Positions 9,231 to 19,861 of a stretch of DNA of 64,000 nucleotides are shown in pieces. Both the position numbers and the translations under genes were made by a program. Where the stretch lies: the NCBI GenBank assembly GCA_021796225.1, contig JAJYOL010000001.1, positions 3,471 through 67,470 of the forward strand, written 5' to 3'. A model generated the notes under the pieces. The model ran no database searches, was not told the DNA's origin, and saw nothing but the letters and a program-made list of their open reading frames with translations. The stretch is from Candidatus Micrarchaeota archaeon (lineage in GTDB: Archaea; Micrarchaeota; Micrarchaeia; Micrarchaeales; CABMGC01). The number at the start of each line of letters is the position of its first letter. The stretch's first letter is position 1.

Positions 9231-10040
9231 TCATACCTTTTCGTGGTCGACTCCTGCATCGTTCAGAGACTTCAGCACTTCATTCCTTGCCGCAACGTTA
9301 AGGCTCTTCCATTCTATCACGGCAAGATCCAAATCCTTGGTTTTTTCTATCGCTTGCGATATCATGTGGAAATTGCCGCTTCCATCCTGATTGAACATCG
9401 CATATTTCGGAAACATGTATGAAAATGCGTATCCCTTTTCCTTTGCCAACTTGGAGAACTTTTCCGGATAGTGATTGCTCCCAATGCCTATGACTATCTT
9501 CTCAGAATCCGTTTTTCCATCGGCGATATCCAAAGCCGTTTCATACGCGGCAGATCCGACACGCTCCGCAAGTTCGTTATTATTTATTATATCATCGGAA
9601 CCTCCGAGTTCGGCGAAGAATGAAGGAACGTTCAGCAACGGGCCGTGATGCGTAGCTTCATACACCTTCTCCATGTCGGCGTCTATTCCATTGAGCCTGC
9701 GAAGCATCATAAGCATCTGCTCTGGCGCCGATGCAGACAGCATGTGCGGTTTGCCGCCAAGTTCGTTTCTGTCATTCCAATTGCCAAGAGAATGTGTCGT
9801 AAGGGCGGGTATCCCTTTCGCACTCTTGTGTTTGCTCAGAAAAATGGCAAGGTTCACCCTCAATTCATCCGCTCCGGTAAATTTCCAGGATTCCGTGTCT
9901 ATGATGAATAGGGACAGGTTTCCGATGGAAAAGGCTTCCTTAACGTGATCCACTTTTATCTCTGTTTCTGAAAATCCGTACTCTTTTACAATGTATCTTG
10001 CCATATTGGATGAGGCAACATCCTTAACGGAACTTATCAT
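9231..10040 (-). CDS. dtdA: D-aminoacyl-tRNA deacylase, archaeal type (DtdA)
   Basis: Motifs PALTTHSLGNW and YEATHHGP...VPSFFAELGGS match archaeal DtdA. The start was moved to Met MISSVKD; the ORF track extends to 10082. Confidence 0.8.
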   Translation of the reverse strand: MISSVKDVASSNMARYIVKEYGFSETEIKVDHVKEAFSIGNLSLFIIDTESWKFTGADELRVNLAIFLSKHKSAKGIPALTTHSLGNWNDRNELGGKPHMLSASAPEQMLMMLRRLNGIDADMEKVYEATHHGPLLNVPSFFAELGGSDDIINNNELAERVGSAAYETALDIADGKTDSEKIVIGIGSNHYPEKFSKLAKEKGYAFSYMFPKYAMFNQDGSGNFHMISQAIEKTKDLDLAVIEWKSLNVAARNEVLKSLNDAGVDHEKV

Positions 10041-10142
10041 TCCAACATCCATAAAATCAACAGCACATCGGTAAAAAGTCACATATTAATACTTTCTGTT
10101 GCCTTATATCTCATCGGTTATCTATTTAGTTGTAGTGGTTGC

Positions 10143-10886
10143 ATGTTTGAGATTAAATTGGACAACGCAAAGTATTGGAGGGACTGCATAGGAGCGATCG
10201 GCAGCTTGATAGATGAGGGTCTGTTCAACATATCAAAGGACGGAATAAGCCTTAAGGCAATGGACCCGTCAAGCATAAGCATGGTTTCGTTCACTATGCC
10301 TGGAAAGACATTTTCAAAGTTCGATATAGAGAAGAATGCCTCTGTAGGGATAAACCTTGAGAACATGGGCAAGATCCTTTCAAGAACGAGAGACGACGAA
10401 TCTCTCGTGATAAAGGATGCCGAAGGAAAGCTTACACTTGAATTTATAGGGTCAAACAGCAGAAGGAGATACAAGCTTCCGCTTATAGAAGTTAAGAAGA
10501 GCGTAGAAAAGGAACCGAGCGTAGAATTCGATGCGCATATCGACATAAGCGGGGATCCGCTCAAGGACATTCTCAAAGACGCGAGCCTTCTTTCGTCTTA
10601 TATCGCATTCAAGGCAGCGAAGGATCAGTTTACCACAAGCGCTCACGGCGATTCCGGCGAGCTTGAGGAACTGCACAGCAAGGACGGCAGCATAATGAGG
10701 AAAATCGATGCATCAAAGAATGCGGATGCCGTATTCAATCTCGAATTTCTTGAGAATATGGTCAAGTCGTGCCCTGCAGGCAATGTCGTATCCCTTTCAA
10801 TGAAGTCAAACGAGCCGCTCAAGCTGAGCTACAAGATAGGCGATTCGGAAATCATATACTATCTTGCACCTTACATGGAGGACTGA
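10143..10886 (+). CDS. pcn: DNA polymerase sliding clamp PCNA
   Basis: 247 aa. Typical PCNA N-terminus MFEIKLDNAKYWRDCIGAIGSLIDEG and two-domain length. Confidence 0.9.
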   Translation: MFEIKLDNAKYWRDCIGAIGSLIDEGLFNISKDGISLKAMDPSSISMVSFTMPGKTFSKFDIEKNASVGINLENMGKILSRTRDDESLVIKDAEGKLTLEFIGSNSRRRYKLPLIEVKKSVEKEPSVEFDAHIDISGDPLKDILKDASLLSSYIAFKAAKDQFTTSAHGDSGELEELHSKDGSIMRKIDASKNADAVFNLEFLENMVKSCPAGNVVSLSMKSNEPLKLSYKIGDSEIIYYLAPYMED

Positions 10887-11153
10887 ATGGAAGAAGAATC
10901 TTCAAACGGCGAAAACGGGAACGTAAGGAGAAGGATAGAGAAGGACATATCCATCTTTTCCTCAAACATAAAGCTGATAAGAAACGCAGATCTCACTCCT
11001 ATAGAGCAGCATGTGGTCGAGCTTTCCGAAATGTATGCGAAGGATTCGGAATCATGGCTCGAAAAGGGCGATTACTATACGTCATTTTCAAGCATATCAT
11101 ATGCGCACGGCCTTCTCGATTCGATATTGAAGATCAAAGGGATGTCCGAGTGA
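10887..11153 (+). CDS. Small hypothetical protein downstream of PCNA
   Basis: 88 aa helical ORF, tightly coupled to the pcn stop. Confidence 0.4.
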   Translation: MEEESSNGENGNVRRRIEKDISIFSSNIKLIRNADLTPIEQHVVELSEMYAKDSESWLEKGDYYTSFSSISYAHGLLDSILKIKGMSE

Positions 11154-11157
11154 GACG

Positions 11158-12237
11158 ATGGCCGAATATACCGAAGGCAAAGCCGTTATCAAACAGGACA
11201 AGGGGGTATTCCTCAATCCGAACATGCATGCACTGCGCGACATCTCCGTTCTTTTCCTGAAACACGCAGCGGAGAAAGACGCAAAGCTTCTCGATGCGAC
11301 TTCCGCTACCGGAATACGTGGCATAAGGTATTCGCTAGAAGCCGGGATACGCGACATTACGCTGATAGACATAAACGAATCCGCTTACAAATCATCCAAG
11401 CAAAACCTTAAAACCAACAAAATAAAAGCGGTTTTGCTCAATCAAAGCCTCGAACATTTCGTTTCCTCAACCGAAGAGAAGTTCGACATCATAGATCTGG
11501 ATCCCTTCGGCACTCCCGTACCTTACGTAAACGATGCGATGAAGATTGCGTCAGGCAACGCTATTCTCATGGTTACCGCAACCGATACCGCGGTGCTCTG
11601 CGGTGCGCATTCTAACGCATGCCTTAAATTGTACGGGGCGAAACCGTTGCATAACGAACTGTGCAAAGAAGCCGGAATAAGAATACTGATAGGATTCATC
11701 GCAAGAGTCGCTGCGCAATTCAACAAAGGCATTTCCGTGATGCTCAGCGTCTCCGATTTGCACTACATGCGCGTTTTCATAAGACTGCTGCCAGGCGCAT
11801 CAAACGCGGTGGCATCTGTGAAATCAAGCGGCTTCGTAGCATTCTGCCCCTCCTGCCGCAGTTTCGAGACTGTCGAAGGATTGGTTTCCACGCTCAAAAA
11901 GGAATGCAGATATTGTGGGGCGAAGCGCGAAATGGCCGGACCTATGTGGCTGAAAGGAATATATGACAAGGCTCTCGTGAAGAAGATGCTTTCCGATCCT
12001 AAAGGCATGTCTGAAAAGGCCTTGGAGCAGCTTGAAACCATCCTAAACGAGCCTGACTCCCCGTTCTTCTACTCCGTCTCAATGCTTACCAAAATGTTGC
12101 GGAAGAGCTCCATATCTCCGAGGACAGTTATCTCAAAGCTCTCGGAGCAGGGATACCGCGCTGCCGGCACGCAGTTCGGCAAGGACTGTGTAAAGACCGA
12201 TGCCGCCTTGGAAGACGTCCTATCCGCTTTAAGTTGA
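11158..12237 (+). CDS. trm1: tRNA (guanine26-N2)-dimethyltransferase Trm1
   Basis: 359 aa. DLDPFGTP motif; C-terminal Zn-binding CPSC...CRYCG. Confidence 0.85.
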   Translation: MAEYTEGKAVIKQDKGVFLNPNMHALRDISVLFLKHAAEKDAKLLDATSATGIRGIRYSLEAGIRDITLIDINESAYKSSKQNLKTNKIKAVLLNQSLEHFVSSTEEKFDIIDLDPFGTPVPYVNDAMKIASGNAILMVTATDTAVLCGAHSNACLKLYGAKPLHNELCKEAGIRILIGFIARVAAQFNKGISVMLSVSDLHYMRVFIRLLPGASNAVASVKSSGFVAFCPSCRSFETVEGLVSTLKKECRYCGAKREMAGPMWLKGIYDKALVKKMLSDPKGMSEKALEQLETILNEPDSPFFYSVSMLTKMLRKSSISPRTVISKLSEQGYRAAGTQFGKDCVKTDAALEDVLSALS

Positions 12238-12408
12238 TGCATTCTACCAGATACTTTATCCAAATATTGTTAAAATATGCTAATTTCCAAGCCTAAAACG
12301 TATTAATATTACATATTAAGTGCTTAATACGATACATTATTACCATAAGGCATATATATCAGCAAACCTCCATATAAACTTGACAGTGAAGGAAAGTGGG
12401 GGTATAAA

Positions 12409-12792
12409 ATGGGGGACTATAAACAAATAGGATTTGGTTCCTTCGGTGGCCCTCTGGGCTTCCAGGAATCCGGACCGTCTGCGCCTGCAGAACTGCACGC
12501 AGACATGGAGGAAAAGGATCTGAGGTACCTTGTCGAGAACAGTTGCATATCATGCAACCATCCCTTGCAAAAGGGCTCGATAAAGATAGTACCTCCCAGC
12601 TACATACAGGAACGCGACCCTTATGTCAGAAAGGGGCTTGTCGGGAAGAGAATGATGTGTGTTTCCTGCTACAATAATGTAGGGGTAACACGCAGAAACA
12701 AGGCGAGAATCAAGTCCGCAGGCATGGGCCGCAGACAGGTGCACCCTCTCATAAGGGAAGCACTCAACTCATTCCTGTTTGAGAAGTTTTGA
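12409..12792 (+). CDS. Hypothetical zinc-ribbon protein
   Basis: 127 aa. CISCNH ... CVSCYNN; preceded by an AT-rich promoter-like region. Confidence 0.4.
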   Translation: MGDYKQIGFGSFGGPLGFQESGPSAPAELHADMEEKDLRYLVENSCISCNHPLQKGSIKIVPPSYIQERDPYVRKGLVGKRMMCVSCYNNVGVTRRNKARIKSAGMGRRQVHPLIREALNSFLFEKF

Positions 12793-13582
12793 TCTCCGAT
12801 GGCAAGCTGTTCGGTGCATTGTCGCCGTTTCCGGTCGCACCGCCCGCTGTCAGCATGTCGCCTTTGGATCTGAGCCATCTTCTGCTCTCAGCATAGCTTG
12901 GCATGTTTATTTCTACCATCTTCCAGAACCGTTTTCCATGGTTGCGTATGTAGTAGTGGCACAGCTCGTGCACTATCACATAATCCATGACGTGCGCAGG
13001 CGCAGTAAGCAGTTTAACATTCAACATCAACGTGCCTGTTTTCGGGGAATAACTTCCCCATCTGGATACGAGATTCTTGATCCTCACTTTTGAAACCTTG
13101 GAATTCAGCGACTGGGCATTCAATTCGTTTATCCTTTTCGTAACCGAAGGAATGCTTACCCGTTCCATCAATTTTATTATCCGCGTTTCCACCGCTTTTT
13201 CCTCGCGGTTTCCGGAAAGGGAATTCGCCAACGAGATTCTAAACTCATTTCCGTAAACTCTGGCCGTCGTTCTGGTCCGTTCGGGATCCTTGTTCATCCT
13301 TATTACGTATTCGGTGCCGAGCACGTTTACAACATGTCCGTCATTAAATGCGGGTTTCTGCCTTTGGAATCTTTCCGGATGCTTTTCCAGCGCTTTCTGC
13401 ATTCTCGCAACAAGATTTCCAAGCATTCTTGCGCTTTCACTCCTGTTCATCCAGCGTGGCATGCGTATAACTATCACGCCGTCGCGCACCGTCGCGCTTC
13501 CGCTCCTTTTGTTAAGGTATTTTACCACTACGGGGTATTCTTTTCCGTTGACTATTACCCTTTCGTTTCCTCCGAAGCGCAT
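12764..13582 (-). CDS. YgjP/DUF45-family metal-dependent hydrolase (HExxH)
   Basis: VIVHELCHYY zinc-binding motif. N-terminus resembles the YgjP family (..RSGSATVRDGVIVIRMP). Confidence 0.7.
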   Translation of the reverse strand: MRFGGNERVIVNGKEYPVVVKYLNKRSGSATVRDGVIVIRMPRWMNRSESARMLGNLVARMQKALEKHPERFQRQKPAFNDGHVVNVLGTEYVIRMNKDPERTRTTARVYGNEFRISLANSLSGNREEKAVETRIIKLMERVSIPSVTKRINELNAQSLNSKVSKVRIKNLVSRWGSYSPKTGTLMLNVKLLTAPAHVMDYVIVHELCHYYIRNHGKRFWKMVEINMPSYAESRRWLRSKGDMLTAGGATGNGDNAPNSLPSEIKTSQTGMS

Positions 13583-13624
13583 AACCTATTAATATCTTGA
13601 ACTTTTTATAAAACATAACTAACG

Positions 13625-14284
13625 GTGCAGTATATGGATGTAATAGAATGGATAGGGCATGCGAGTTTTATTTTCAGGACGAACGGGCAGGTTATATACG
13701 TAGATCCGTTCAGGCTTACCACGGCAGTTGAACATGCCGACATTATTCTGATAACGCATCCGCACTTCGATCACATGAGCGTAGACGACATAAAGAAGAT
13801 TGCCGATGAGAATACGGAAATATTTATTCCGGAGGACAGCGTGTCAAAAATCCCAATCGGTAAAGTACGTGCAGTTAAGCCTAATTCGAAATACGCATCG
13901 AACGGCGTCAATTTCAATACGGTGCCTGCTTACAACAATGTAAAAGAGCGACTAGATAAGCATCCCAAAAAGAACGGCTGGGTTGGTTATATAGTCGAAG
14001 TGGAAGGCAAGAAGATATACCATGCTGGAGATACCGATTTCATAGACGAGATGAAGGGCCTGAAGGCGGATACCGCGCTTCTTCCAATTGGCGGAACGTA
14101 TACCATGGATGTCGAGCAGGCGTCGGATGCGGCAAATGCGATGGAATTGAACCGGGCCGTCCCGATGCATTACAAGGCATTGCTTGGAAAGGAAGGCGCC
14201 GCTGTCGCGGAGAAAAAGTTTCTACAACGCGCCAGAAATTCATCCATCATTAAACAGATTCAGGAAGAATCTTTTTCTTTCTGA
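13625..14284 (+). CDS. MBL-fold metallo-hydrolase
   Basis: HPHFDH metal-binding motif; downstream HAGDT and conserved His residues. Confidence 0.75.
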   Translation: MQYMDVIEWIGHASFIFRTNGQVIYVDPFRLTTAVEHADIILITHPHFDHMSVDDIKKIADENTEIFIPEDSVSKIPIGKVRAVKPNSKYASNGVNFNTVPAYNNVKERLDKHPKKNGWVGYIVEVEGKKIYHAGDTDFIDEMKGLKADTALLPIGGTYTMDVEQASDAANAMELNRAVPMHYKALLGKEGAAVAEKKFLQRARNSSIIKQIQEESFSF

Positions 14285-15048
14285 TACTCGAAAATTTTCC
14301 TTGCCGTTTCGAGAATTTTTTGCGGAGGCATCTTGAACAGCCGTTCTTCGCCGTTTTCAAGGTTTGACGAGAGCTTTTGAATGTCATTCCTATCGAGTCC
14401 CAGGCTCTTTCGTGAATCCTCAATGGCATTTTTCAGCCTTTTTTTCTTATGCTGCATCAACGCCCCTATTATCACTGACTCGCGCGCTGTCATCCCGGAA
14501 CTTAACGGCTTTATGTAAATTATTGTCGAATCCACTTTCGGAATGGGCCTGAAATTCCCTCTTGAAACTTCATATATTTTTGTGACGCGGAATGAAAGTG
14601 ACGTTATCACGCTTAATTTCGAATAATCGCGCGTATTCTCCTTTGCAAGCATATGGTCCACGAATTCCTTCTGTAGACAAAGTACGGCCTGCATGTTTCT
14701 GTCAGAAAGCCATCCTATTACCTTTCCGGATATGGAATAGGGCACGTTGGATATTACTATGTCCGTATCCTTAAGCAAAACTTCCTCATCGGTTGCGTCT
14801 AGAAAATCTTTGTTGATAAGTACAAGTTTCTTCGAATGCAATGTCGATTTGAGTTCGCGATACAGTCGTCTGTCTTTCTCTACGGCAACTACCTTTTTTG
14901 CAAGTTTGCAAAGTTCTTCGGTAAGAATTCCCGGCCCCGGACCTATCTCGAGCACATGCTTGTCCCTCGCATGCTCTGCTTCCATCTTCGCAATGTCCTT
15001 GTTTATGAGAAATATCTGTCCCATCCTATGTGTCCGTCTGTCAGTCAT
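14260..15048 (-). CDS. ksgA: 16S rRNA (adenine1518/1519-N6)-dimethyltransferase KsgA/RsmA (Dim1)
   Basis: GQIFLINKDIA, EIGPGPGILTEEL and ISNVPYSISG motifs. Start assigned to Met MTDRR; the ORF track extends to 15087. Confidence 0.85.
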   Translation of the reverse strand: MTDRRTHRMGQIFLINKDIAKMEAEHARDKHVLEIGPGPGILTEELCKLAKKVVAVEKDRRLYRELKSTLHSKKLVLINKDFLDATDEEVLLKDTDIVISNVPYSISGKVIGWLSDRNMQAVLCLQKEFVDHMLAKENTRDYSKLSVITSLSFRVTKIYEVSRGNFRPIPKVDSTIIYIKPLSSGMTARESVIIGALMQHKKKRLKNAIEDSRKSLGLDRNDIQKLSSNLENGEERLFKMPPQKILETARKIFEYQKEKDSS

Positions 15049-15152
15049 AACAAGGGTTTCCCTTTTCTGTTTAAATAATCTTTTCATTTATGCCCTTTAA
15101 TCTGTGTTTTCAACCGACAACATCTTTATTTACTTTTCACTGTATGGTACTC

Positions 15153-16040
15153 ATGAAGATCATGAAAGTGCGTGTATTACGTTTCAAAAGCAATACCTTA
15201 ACCAAACTCCAATCGGCAATGGAGTATCTGATGACTTACGGGTGGGCAATACTAGTCATTGCGGTTGTTCTAGGCGTTCTCTATTCCCTCGGGATATTCA
15301 GTCCTTCAAACTTCGCACCTAAGGCGTCTCCTGGTTCATGTCAGATATTTCGACCGAATGGTCCTGGAACGAATTACGATATAAATCTCGAAGGAACGTG
15401 CAGCGGCGAACTGCCGGAATATACCGCTCAGTTTAACGGTGCCAGCGCTTACATATCGTTGTCTTCCTCCGCTCCATCAAAAAGCTATACGCAACTAAGT
15501 GTTTCCGCATGGGTTACTAAACCTGCAGACACGTCAAGAAATGAAATTCTGAATTTTTTCGGTTTTTATTTTAATGTGCAGCAAGGAAATGAAGCATGCC
15601 TTTACGTAAATAATATCAATACAGGATATTTGTGTTCAACTCCTTCCTTAATATCAGGATATAATTTCCTTACAGCAACACTAAACGGCAGTACCGAAAC
15701 CGTTTATGTGAACGGCAAGCTTTCCAATACTACAACTGTTTCAGGGACCGGATCTGGGGTTCTTGGGGGAACGGTTGGCGTATGTTCCTATTGCGGAAAT
15801 ACGGATTATTTCGACGGGCAAATAGCAAACATACAATTTTACAATGCCTCACTAAATCAGAACAGCATAACCGCCCTTTACGATGAAGGCATAGGCGGTG
15901 CACCTGTTGACATTCAGAATCTCGTAGACTGGTGGCCGCTGAACGGAAATGCGAACGACTACAGCGGAAACAACAATGACGGTGTACCTACCAATGTACT
16001 ATTCACTGGATCGTGGCAGTCAGGATATACGTCACCATGA
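15153..16040 (+). CDS. Class III signal peptide pilin-like protein with LamG-like jellyroll, paralog 2
   Basis: Same conserved N-terminus (KLQSAMEYLMTYGWAILVIAVVLGV...GSCQIFRPNGPGTNYDINLEGTCSGELPEY) and C-terminus (NLVDWWPLNGNANDYSGNNNDGVPTNVLFTGSWQSGYTSP). Variable core. Divergently transcribed from ksgA. Confidence 0.8.
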   Translation: MKIMKVRVLRFKSNTLTKLQSAMEYLMTYGWAILVIAVVLGVLYSLGIFSPSNFAPKASPGSCQIFRPNGPGTNYDINLEGTCSGELPEYTAQFNGASAYISLSSSAPSKSYTQLSVSAWVTKPADTSRNEILNFFGFYFNVQQGNEACLYVNNINTGYLCSTPSLISGYNFLTATLNGSTETVYVNGKLSNTTTVSGTGSGVLGGTVGVCSYCGNTDYFDGQIANIQFYNASLNQNSITALYDEGIGGAPVDIQNLVDWWPLNGNANDYSGNNNDGVPTNVLFTGSWQSGYTSP

Positions 16041-16131
16041 GGTAGAAATTTACAGGTTAACTGATTTTTCGACAAATAAGAGAATCGACTTCAACCGCAC
16101 TATTTATATATACCGGGTTCATTAAAAGAGT

Positions 16132-16437
16132 ATGAACTTTAGATTGCTATTTACGACATTTTCTATCAGTTTGTCCCTGATCAGCATACTCCTGTTTGCG
16201 CAGGGGGTTGCAATATGCAGTCAAATAGCCTCAATCCCAATCATATCGGTAATTTTTGGTGCAGTATTTCTACTGCTCTTCATATTATTACTGATGAGAA
16301 GCAACGGAAATCAAAATAAGACATTAAAGATGGCGTCATTCGTTTTCTTGGGATTAGCAATACTGTCTTTTCTTATGATTATCTTCGGACCATTTGTTAT
16401 CGGCATGCTCGTGCCTTCAGCAGTCGGCGCGTGCTAA
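16132..16437 (+). CDS. Small integral membrane protein (about 3 TM helices)
   Basis: 101 aa, strongly hydrophobic. Confidence 0.4.
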   Translation: MNFRLLFTTFSISLSLISILLFAQGVAICSQIASIPIISVIFGAVFLLLFILLLMRSNGNQNKTLKMASFVFLGLAILSFLMIIFGPFVIGMLVPSAVGAC

Positions 16438-16577
16438 ATGTCCTCTTGATAAAACTGGGCAAATCGACAGATTTCAATTTATCCAGCAAAGCCACGCAGC
16501 AATCCGGATATACCCCTCCATAAACGGCAATTGTAAAATTTATTAATGTTGAATACGAACGTAAGGTTACTGGTCCT

Positions 16578-17459
16578 ATGTTAGTCATTAGCGGTTCCGC
16601 GGATACGGGAATAGGGGAAAATATTGCGAAATCCTTGGGCGCCGAATATTTATCTTCAAGTTTCAAGACGTTTCCAGATGGAGAAATGCTTGTACGGGCC
16701 GATTGCGATGCCAAGAATGAAGATGTCGTAATAGTGCAATCTACATATGCCCCACAGGACAGGCATCTCATGGAATTATTCTTCCTATCCCAATCCATTC
16801 TGAAGCAAAAACCGTTGAGCATTACGGCTGTGGTGCCATATCTCGCGTATTTGCGCCAGGACAAGCCTTTCACTCCAGGGGAATCTGTAAGTGCGGAAGC
16901 GGTATTGGATTTACTATATTCCGCTGGGATATCGAATCTTGTTGTTGTGCAGCCGCACAAACTCGAAACGTTGGAAAAATTTAAAGGAAAATCAAAAGCC
17001 GTATTGCCTGTCAAGTCCCTAATGGATTATGCATTAAGGGAAATAGAAAATCCGTATCTGCTTGCACCAGACAAGGGGAGTTTTCCATTTGCAAAGGAAG
17101 CGGCGAAGCTTTTGAATTGCGATTGCACTTTCATAGACAAGGAACGTAACATTTCCACCGGAGAAGTATCCATAAAAAACGCGCCTGCCGAAAGATTTGA
17201 CGGCAAGAACGTAATAATATTTGACGACATGATAAGTACGGGGGGCACTACCGCACAGGCAGCCAAGTTTGCATATTCGCGTGGTGCATCCGATGTTATT
17301 GCAATAGCCGTTCATCTTCTGATGTCCGGTAATGCATTCGCAACTCTTAGGGAATCAGGCATATCGGGGATATACGGTGCAAATACCATACCTGCTCCGA
17401 ATACATATCAGATTGACGTATCTGAAGAAATAGCATCTGCAGTGCGCAGCTTGATCTAA
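16578..17459 (+). CDS. prs: Ribose-phosphate pyrophosphokinase
   Basis: PRPP-binding motif IIFDDMISTGGT; N-terminal Prs-type domain. Confidence 0.85.
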   Translation: MLVISGSADTGIGENIAKSLGAEYLSSSFKTFPDGEMLVRADCDAKNEDVVIVQSTYAPQDRHLMELFFLSQSILKQKPLSITAVVPYLAYLRQDKPFTPGESVSAEAVLDLLYSAGISNLVVVQPHKLETLEKFKGKSKAVLPVKSLMDYALREIENPYLLAPDKGSFPFAKEAAKLLNCDCTFIDKERNISTGEVSIKNAPAERFDGKNVIIFDDMISTGGTTAQAAKFAYSRGASDVIAIAVHLLMSGNAFATLRESGISGIYGANTIPAPNTYQIDVSEEIASAVRSLI

Positions 17460-17467
17460 CACTGCCG

Positions 17468-18130
17468 TTATCTGTCTTTCAACTGGCTCTTAAGTTTTGA
17501 CAATAGCGAAGAATATCTCACGTGTCTGCCTTTAAGTTTTGTCACTCTGGCATTTTTGCCGCTGAGTTTATGGTTAAGATTTCTTATCTCGCCTTTCCTG
17601 AAGAGTCTGCTTATGAAACTTGCATTATGCATTGCAATTTCGTTGTATAATCTTTCCATCGAACCGTTTTCCGTATCGATGCGCTTCTCGTATCTTTTCT
17701 GCCTGTTTTCCAGGTTGTCAAAAAGCACGTTTGTATAGTACACTACGGACTGCAAGTTCTTTGCCTTCCTTGCAAGCCCTATCATCAATAAATTGGTAAG
17801 GTCATATCCGATCATGTGGGAATAGCCGAGTGCAATGGTTTCCAGATGGGCAAGGTACGCCTTAACATCGCCTTTGTCCATGCTTGCCGTATTCGAAGCC
17901 ACAAGCGGCATTGCGGATATTTCATAGTCAAGGCTGTCAAGTATGCTTTTCATGTTGTTTGCATGCAAGTCAAGTTGCCAGAGCAGCTGCTTGTCCTCCC
18001 CTCTTGTCTTCGTGTCCCCGTGCCACGTCTCACGTATCACATTCTTGAGTATACCAGCTTCGAAAGTTTCCGATGGAATCCTCTCCCGCTGACTCTCCAC
18101 CCTATCTTTTTTCGTTGACAATGTCGCCAA
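17468..18130 (-). CDS. Hypothetical protein
   Basis: 220 aa ORF, no recognisable motifs. Confidence 0.35.
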   Translation of the reverse strand: MATLSTKKDRVESQRERIPSETFEAGILKNVIRETWHGDTKTRGEDKQLLWQLDLHANNMKSILDSLDYEISAMPLVASNTASMDKGDVKAYLAHLETIALGYSHMIGYDLTNLLMIGLARKAKNLQSVVYYTNVLFDNLENRQKRYEKRIDTENGSMERLYNEIAMHNASFISRLFRKGEIRNLNHKLSGKNARVTKLKGRHVRYSSLLSKLKSQLKDR

Positions 18131-18139
18131 GAACGCCCC

Positions 18140-19855
18140 CTACAGAGAAATGAATACCATATCCTTTCTATCATCAAATTTAAAAAGACCACGCTTATCT
18201 ATGTCTACTATCTGTCCTTCTTTTAACCGTGATGCAAATCCTTCAATTAATCCATCAATTTCCGTTATGCCGTTGCTATTCGGTTTTTCACCGTCAAGAA
18301 GATCCGATATAATAAGCAATTTGCATTTGACTGCGCTTTGTTTTTCCATCCATGCCACGCGCGGCGGAGTTGTCGGTTCGGTGCCTTTGTATTCCGCTGA
18401 AACGTTATCTGTTCCAGATTTTTCCACCTGCACGTTGAATGCATCCTTTAACCGAATAAGCGATCCTACGGTAAGATTCTTCTGTTCGTTTTTATCAACA
18501 TACACCGAATCGGTTATCACGTACTTTCTTTCTTCGTTTCCATTGCGATTGGCTTTCATAGTTACCTCAACGCCTTCCTTCCCTGTCCCGGAAACACGCA
18601 TTTCTACGGGATTTTCCATGAAGAACAACCGTATCGCATCTCCTTCGACGATTCGCCTGTTGATATCAAGGAGTTTTTGCAGGCTGACTTTTGTGTTCGC
18701 CTTTCCCATTCCGAAACTGAGTGCAAATTCCCTTATGGCTTCTGGTCTTATCCCCCGTCTCCGGAGTGCCGATACCGTGATGAGGCGCGGGTCGTCATAG
18801 TTCTTTATCACCCCTTCGTCTATCATCGCATTCAGCGTCCTTTTCGAAGTGACATTGTTAAGTATTTCAAGTCTTGAGATGGTGTGCACTCTCGGTTTTC
18901 TGAGAGCAAGCATATCGAGTATCCTATCATAAAGTTCGTCACGCAGTTCGTATTCCTTGCTGCGTATTATATCCGTCATGCCGTTAAGCGAATCCATTAT
19001 CGGCGTGCTGAAGTTGTATGTTGGCCATACCCTGTATTTTTCCCCCTGTCTGTAATGTTTGCCTTCCTTTATTCGGAACAATGTCGGATCCCTCATCACC
19101 GTGTTCAAGGATTTCATATCCCCATTCAATCTTACTATCGCGCCTTCCTTTATCGCTCCATTAAGCATGTCTTTCCACATTGCAATGCTGGCATCCGTGC
19201 CTTGTGTTTTGTGCACGCACCCGATGCCCTTTTCCCTGCCTTTCTTTATTTCATCGGCACTGCAGTTGCACACGTACGCGTTTCCTTCGCGCATTGCCGT
19301 CTCGGCAAATCCGTACATTTTCTCAACGCTGTCACTGGCGTAGCACTCGGAATCAAAAGTTATACCGAGCCATTTCAGGTCACGCTTTATCGCGTCAACG
19401 AATTCCTGCCGTTCCTTTTCTGGATTCGTATCGTCAAAGAAAAGAACCATTTTTCCGTCGTACTTGTCCGTCAGTTCACGTTCAAGGAACGCGGCCTTTG
19501 TATGCCCTATATGCATATATCCATTCGGTTCCGGGGGAAATCTCGTAGTAAATTCGCCCATGACCGCTTCTGCAATCGATATGTTGGGTTTTGCAGTCTT
19601 CTCGGCCTTTTCCTTTGCTGCAACATCGAATTCATCCGCGTATTTGCCGTATTCCTCCCCTAGTTTTTCCTTAGAATATGCATTTACCTCCGCAACAATT
19701 TCGTTAACTTCGCGTGCGAATTCCTTCATGGAGTTTTTAAGTTCCGGCTTTTCTGAAAGCACCTTGCTTATGACGGTTCCAGCGCGGGCCGTTCCGTAAT
19801 CCCTTGCATTCTTGACTGCATATTTAATTATCAGTTCACGTGTTTCATTGTCCAT
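18140..19855 (-). CDS. gltX: Glutamyl-tRNA synthetase, archaeal type
   Basis: 571 aa. HIGH motif PNGYMHIGHTKAA, class I fold, anticodon-binding C-terminal domains. Confidence 0.9.
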   Translation of the reverse strand: MDNETRELIIKYAVKNARDYGTARAGTVISKVLSEKPELKNSMKEFAREVNEIVAEVNAYSKEKLGEEYGKYADEFDVAAKEKAEKTAKPNISIAEAVMGEFTTRFPPEPNGYMHIGHTKAAFLERELTDKYDGKMVLFFDDTNPEKERQEFVDAIKRDLKWLGITFDSECYASDSVEKMYGFAETAMREGNAYVCNCSADEIKKGREKGIGCVHKTQGTDASIAMWKDMLNGAIKEGAIVRLNGDMKSLNTVMRDPTLFRIKEGKHYRQGEKYRVWPTYNFSTPIMDSLNGMTDIIRSKEYELRDELYDRILDMLALRKPRVHTISRLEILNNVTSKRTLNAMIDEGVIKNYDDPRLITVSALRRRGIRPEAIREFALSFGMGKANTKVSLQKLLDINRRIVEGDAIRLFFMENPVEMRVSGTGKEGVEVTMKANRNGNEERKYVITDSVYVDKNEQKNLTVGSLIRLKDAFNVQVEKSGTDNVSAEYKGTEPTTPPRVAWMEKQSAVKCKLLIISDLLDGEKPNSNGITEIDGLIEGFASRLKEGQIVDIDKRGLFKFDDRKDMVFISL

Positions 19856-19861
19856 TGCGTA

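Noticed and set aside
16397-17014. 205 aa minus-strand ORF
   Set aside because: Entirely antisense to the well-supported prs gene.
18150-19663. Several plus-strand ORFs (18150..18800, 18884..19663 and others)
   Set aside because: Antisense to glutamyl-tRNA synthetase; hydrophobic or low-complexity products.
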